A stretch of 17,673 nt of DNA from an uncultured delta proteobacterium (GTDB lineage Bacteria; Desulfobacterota; Syntrophobacteria; BM002), in the NCBI GenBank assembly GCA_963712115.1, contig CAVQGX010000067.1, positions 1-17,673 on the forward strand, in the 5' to 3' direction. The stretch's first letter is position 1, and each line of letters starts with the position of its first letter. Below, piece by piece: positions 15,766 through 17,673 of the stretch. Below the pieces are notes generated by a model. It did no database searches. It saw only the letters and a list, made by a program, of their open reading frames with translations, and was not told the DNA's origin. The position numbers and the translations under genes are program-made.

Positions 15766-16794
15766 TTACAAAAGCGATTCTACTTGTGCTGCCATTGGGA
15801 GGAGGCCGAAGATTCCCCCTGTATGGATAAATACGATTCTATCACCAAACACTTCCGGGTTCCGCTTCAGTTCCTGGGTCATTCCGTAAAAAGCTTTGCC
15901 AGTGTAGACCGGATCAAGAATTATACCTTCAGTGCGTGCCACTTCCACAAGAAGAGATAGCACCTGAAAACTTGCTTTGCCGTATCCCTCTCCCACATAG
16001 CCGTCGACTATGTGGATATCTTCTTGGGCGGAAAATGGGATTTCCAGTTTGTAGTTCGTTATGGCGGCATTGCAGATTTCACCTACCACGTCCATGAAAT
16101 AATTCCTATCGTTGCAAACATTAATTCCTACGACCTGAGCTTCTAGTCCAACCAACCGTACTCCTAAAACAAGCCCGGCGGTAGTACCCCCGGAACCTGT
16201 AGCATGAATGATGGTCGTAGACCTGTCATTGTTGCCCAGGAGATCCTCTAGATCTTTAGCCAGCTCCTCCACCGCACGGACATAACCCCAGGCGCCCAGT
16301 ACGTTGGAGCCCCCTTCGGGTATAACGTAAGGGGTTTTCCCCGACCTTCGAAGCGATTCCGCTTCACGCTCAAGCATTTCAGTGCGGCGGCCGTACTCCT
16401 CAAAGGTGAGCCAGACAATCTCTGCCCCAACCAGCCGGTCGAGTAATATATTTCCTTCGGCGGGCGGCGGATTCGCCGGATTACGGGTCCGGAGGAGTAA
16501 CCGCGCCTCGAGTCCCAACTTAGCAGCGGCGATTGCCGTTGCCCTAGCGTGGTTCGACTGCGCAGCCCCACATGTCAATACTGTGTCGCTACCTTTCGCC
16601 AGAGCATCGGCAAGGAGGAATTCAAGCTTTCTCACTTTATTGCCCGTAAGTTCAGCGCCCGTGAGATCATCTCGTTTGACGTACACTTCGACGCCTAATC
16701 TGTCGCTCAATCTTGAGAGGGGCTCGAGGGGCGTAGGAGTCCGGGCCAAATCTAAACGGGCGGGGTAGGGGATTTTTCGCGTTTTTTTGTTCAT
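15766..16794 (-). CDS. dcyD: PLP-dependent D-cysteine desulfhydrase family protein (DcyD/CuyA-like; not a true ACC deaminase)
   Basis: [17 protein letters not shown] (PLP lysine), QSNHAR, IPEGGS and [13 protein letters not shown] and HTGG carry Thr/Thr where ACC deaminases have Glu/Leu. SD GAGGAG. Confidence 0.85.
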   Translation of the reverse strand: MNKKTRKIPYPARLDLARTPTPLEPLSRLSDRLGVEVYVKRDDLTGAELTGNKVRKLEFLLADALAKGSDTVLTCGAAQSNHARATAIAAAKLGLEARLLLRTRNPANPPPAEGNILLDRLVGAEIVWLTFEEYGRRTEMLEREAESLRRSGKTPYVIPEGGSNVLGAWGYVRAVEELAKDLEDLLGNNDRSTTIIHATGSGGTTAGLVLGVRLVGLEAQVVGINVCNDRNYFMDVVGEICNAAITNYKLEIPFSAQEDIHIVDGYVGEGYGKASFQVLSLLVEVARTEGIILDPVYTGKAFYGMTQELKRNPEVFGDRIVFIHTGGIFGLLPMAAQVESLL

Positions 16795-16819
16795 TTCCTT
16801 CTCCTCAACTTAAAAGGAC

Positions 16820-16956
16820 AAATCCCAATTCCCAAGCATCAAACTACAAATAAATTCCTAAATTCCAAATTCCAATAACCAAAACAGATTTGGAACGCCT
16901 TTATAAATATGAGTAAAAGTTTGGGATTTTAAATTTTGGTCATTGTGATTTATTTG
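16820..16956 (+). repeat. Right copy of the ~135 bp AT-rich element, inverted relative to 15007-15140
   Basis: See the left copy. The 7-mer periodicity (aaatccc aattccc aagcatc aaactac) is visible, and the heptamer run continues to about 16978. Confidence 0.92.
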
Positions 16957-17151
16957 TGATTTGTAATTTGAAATTTCCAATACCCGAGTACCCAAATAAA
17001 ATTATATCTTAACCCCACGGGTGGTCTTTGTTAAAATGATGATTATCTAGACTGTTTATGCCAATCTAGATAAAGCGCTGGCAGAACTAGAGTAACATAA
17101 TTCAGCAAGGTGGCACACACCAGGGCCGAAATTGGAAGAAGGAGAAGAGAG

Positions 17152-17661
17152 ATGAACATGAAGCACTATGTCTTGGTCTTATTTTTGGCAGCAGTTTTAT
17201 TTTCACTACCCTCTTGTGGTCATTACGTAAAATCTTATTCTAAGCCAGGTATCCACCTTCAAGGAAAAAGCCTGGGAATAATGCCTTTCTCCTGTAACAT
17301 CCCCGAGGTCGGAAAGGTCGTCAGTGACACTATAGGAGCTGATCTTCTTGAATCGGGCTTCAAAATTGTGGATCGCACCCAGATTGGAAAAATCCTTCAG
17401 GAGGAAGGCATCAGTTACCTGGAGATTGATTTCCCCGATTACAGTAAGATCGGCAACTTAGCTGAGGTTAATTTTCTCCTGGTTGGAAGTGTTGCCTTCT
17501 CGAGCGCCACAGTGAGGTTGGTAGACACAGCCACTGGGGAAACACTGATAATTACAGTCTTCCGACCGAACCGGATCACTGACAGCGCTTCCGCCGTTGA
17601 TATGGGGCAGTATCTAGGCAAATCGATAGGTAGAGAACTGACTAGGGCCGGAAAACTTTGA
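17152..17661 (+). CDS. Lipoprotein with a probable CsgG/TolB_N/LpoB-like alpha-beta fold
   Basis: SD AAGGAG before ATG 17152; signal peptide with lipobox LPSC. The pattern LGIMPF...F.IVDR..I..IL.E...IG.L..V..LL.GSV...VRLVD..TGE is typical of CsgG/TolB_N-like domains. Confidence 0.7.
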   Translation: MNMKHYVLVLFLAAVLFSLPSCGHYVKSYSKPGIHLQGKSLGIMPFSCNIPEVGKVVSDTIGADLLESGFKIVDRTQIGKILQEEGISYLEIDFPDYSKIGNLAEVNFLLVGSVAFSSATVRLVDTATGETLIITVFRPNRITDSASAVDMGQYLGKSIGRELTRAGKL

Positions 17662-17673
17662 TTTGATAAGAGG

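Noticed and set aside
15766-16794. ACC deaminase (acdS)
   Set aside because: It has DPVYTGK and HTGG rather than the diagnostic DPVYEGK and HLGG.
15007-16956. Autonomous IS or transposon
   Set aside because: No transposase or recombinase ORF and no evident target-site duplication.
17078-17127. Sigma-54 promoter for the last lipoprotein gene (TGGCAG, TGGCAC)
   Set aside because: Neither has a GC at the required 10 nt distance from the GG.
81-17621. Numerous antisense or nested ORFs in the six-frame track
   Set aside because: They lie within well-supported genes and carry no independent motifs, so they are treated as shadow ORFs.

Overview
A 17.7 kb bacterial chromosomal window. The fused HisHF, multiple PilZ paralogs and sigma-54 promoters suggest a Desulfobacterota/deltaproteobacterial-type organism (inference only). 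In order it holds: the 3' part of a probable M99 (Csd4/Pgp1-like) carboxypeptidase; trkH-trkA; a PilZ gene with a C-terminal ribbon-helix-helix-like tail; a probable operon of a ~592 aa uncharacterised FMN TIM-barrel-like protein, a 5'-nucleotidase lipoprotein and an M48 peptidase lipoprotein; on the minus strand a fused hisHF and a divergent GalT/HIT-like protein; three tandem stand-alone PilZ genes; a convergent GNAT / D-cysteine desulfhydrase-family pair bracketed by ~135 bp inverted repeats; and a small lipoprotein. The most notable signal is a PilZ set: four related proteins, three directly behind a correctly spaced sigma-54 (-24/-12) motif and one apparently fused to a DNA-binding domain. 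The intergenic DNA is a mosaic of short-period degenerate repeats. I saw no rRNA, tRNA, CRISPR array, transposase or integrase. All family calls come from motif recognition by eye, not from database searches.
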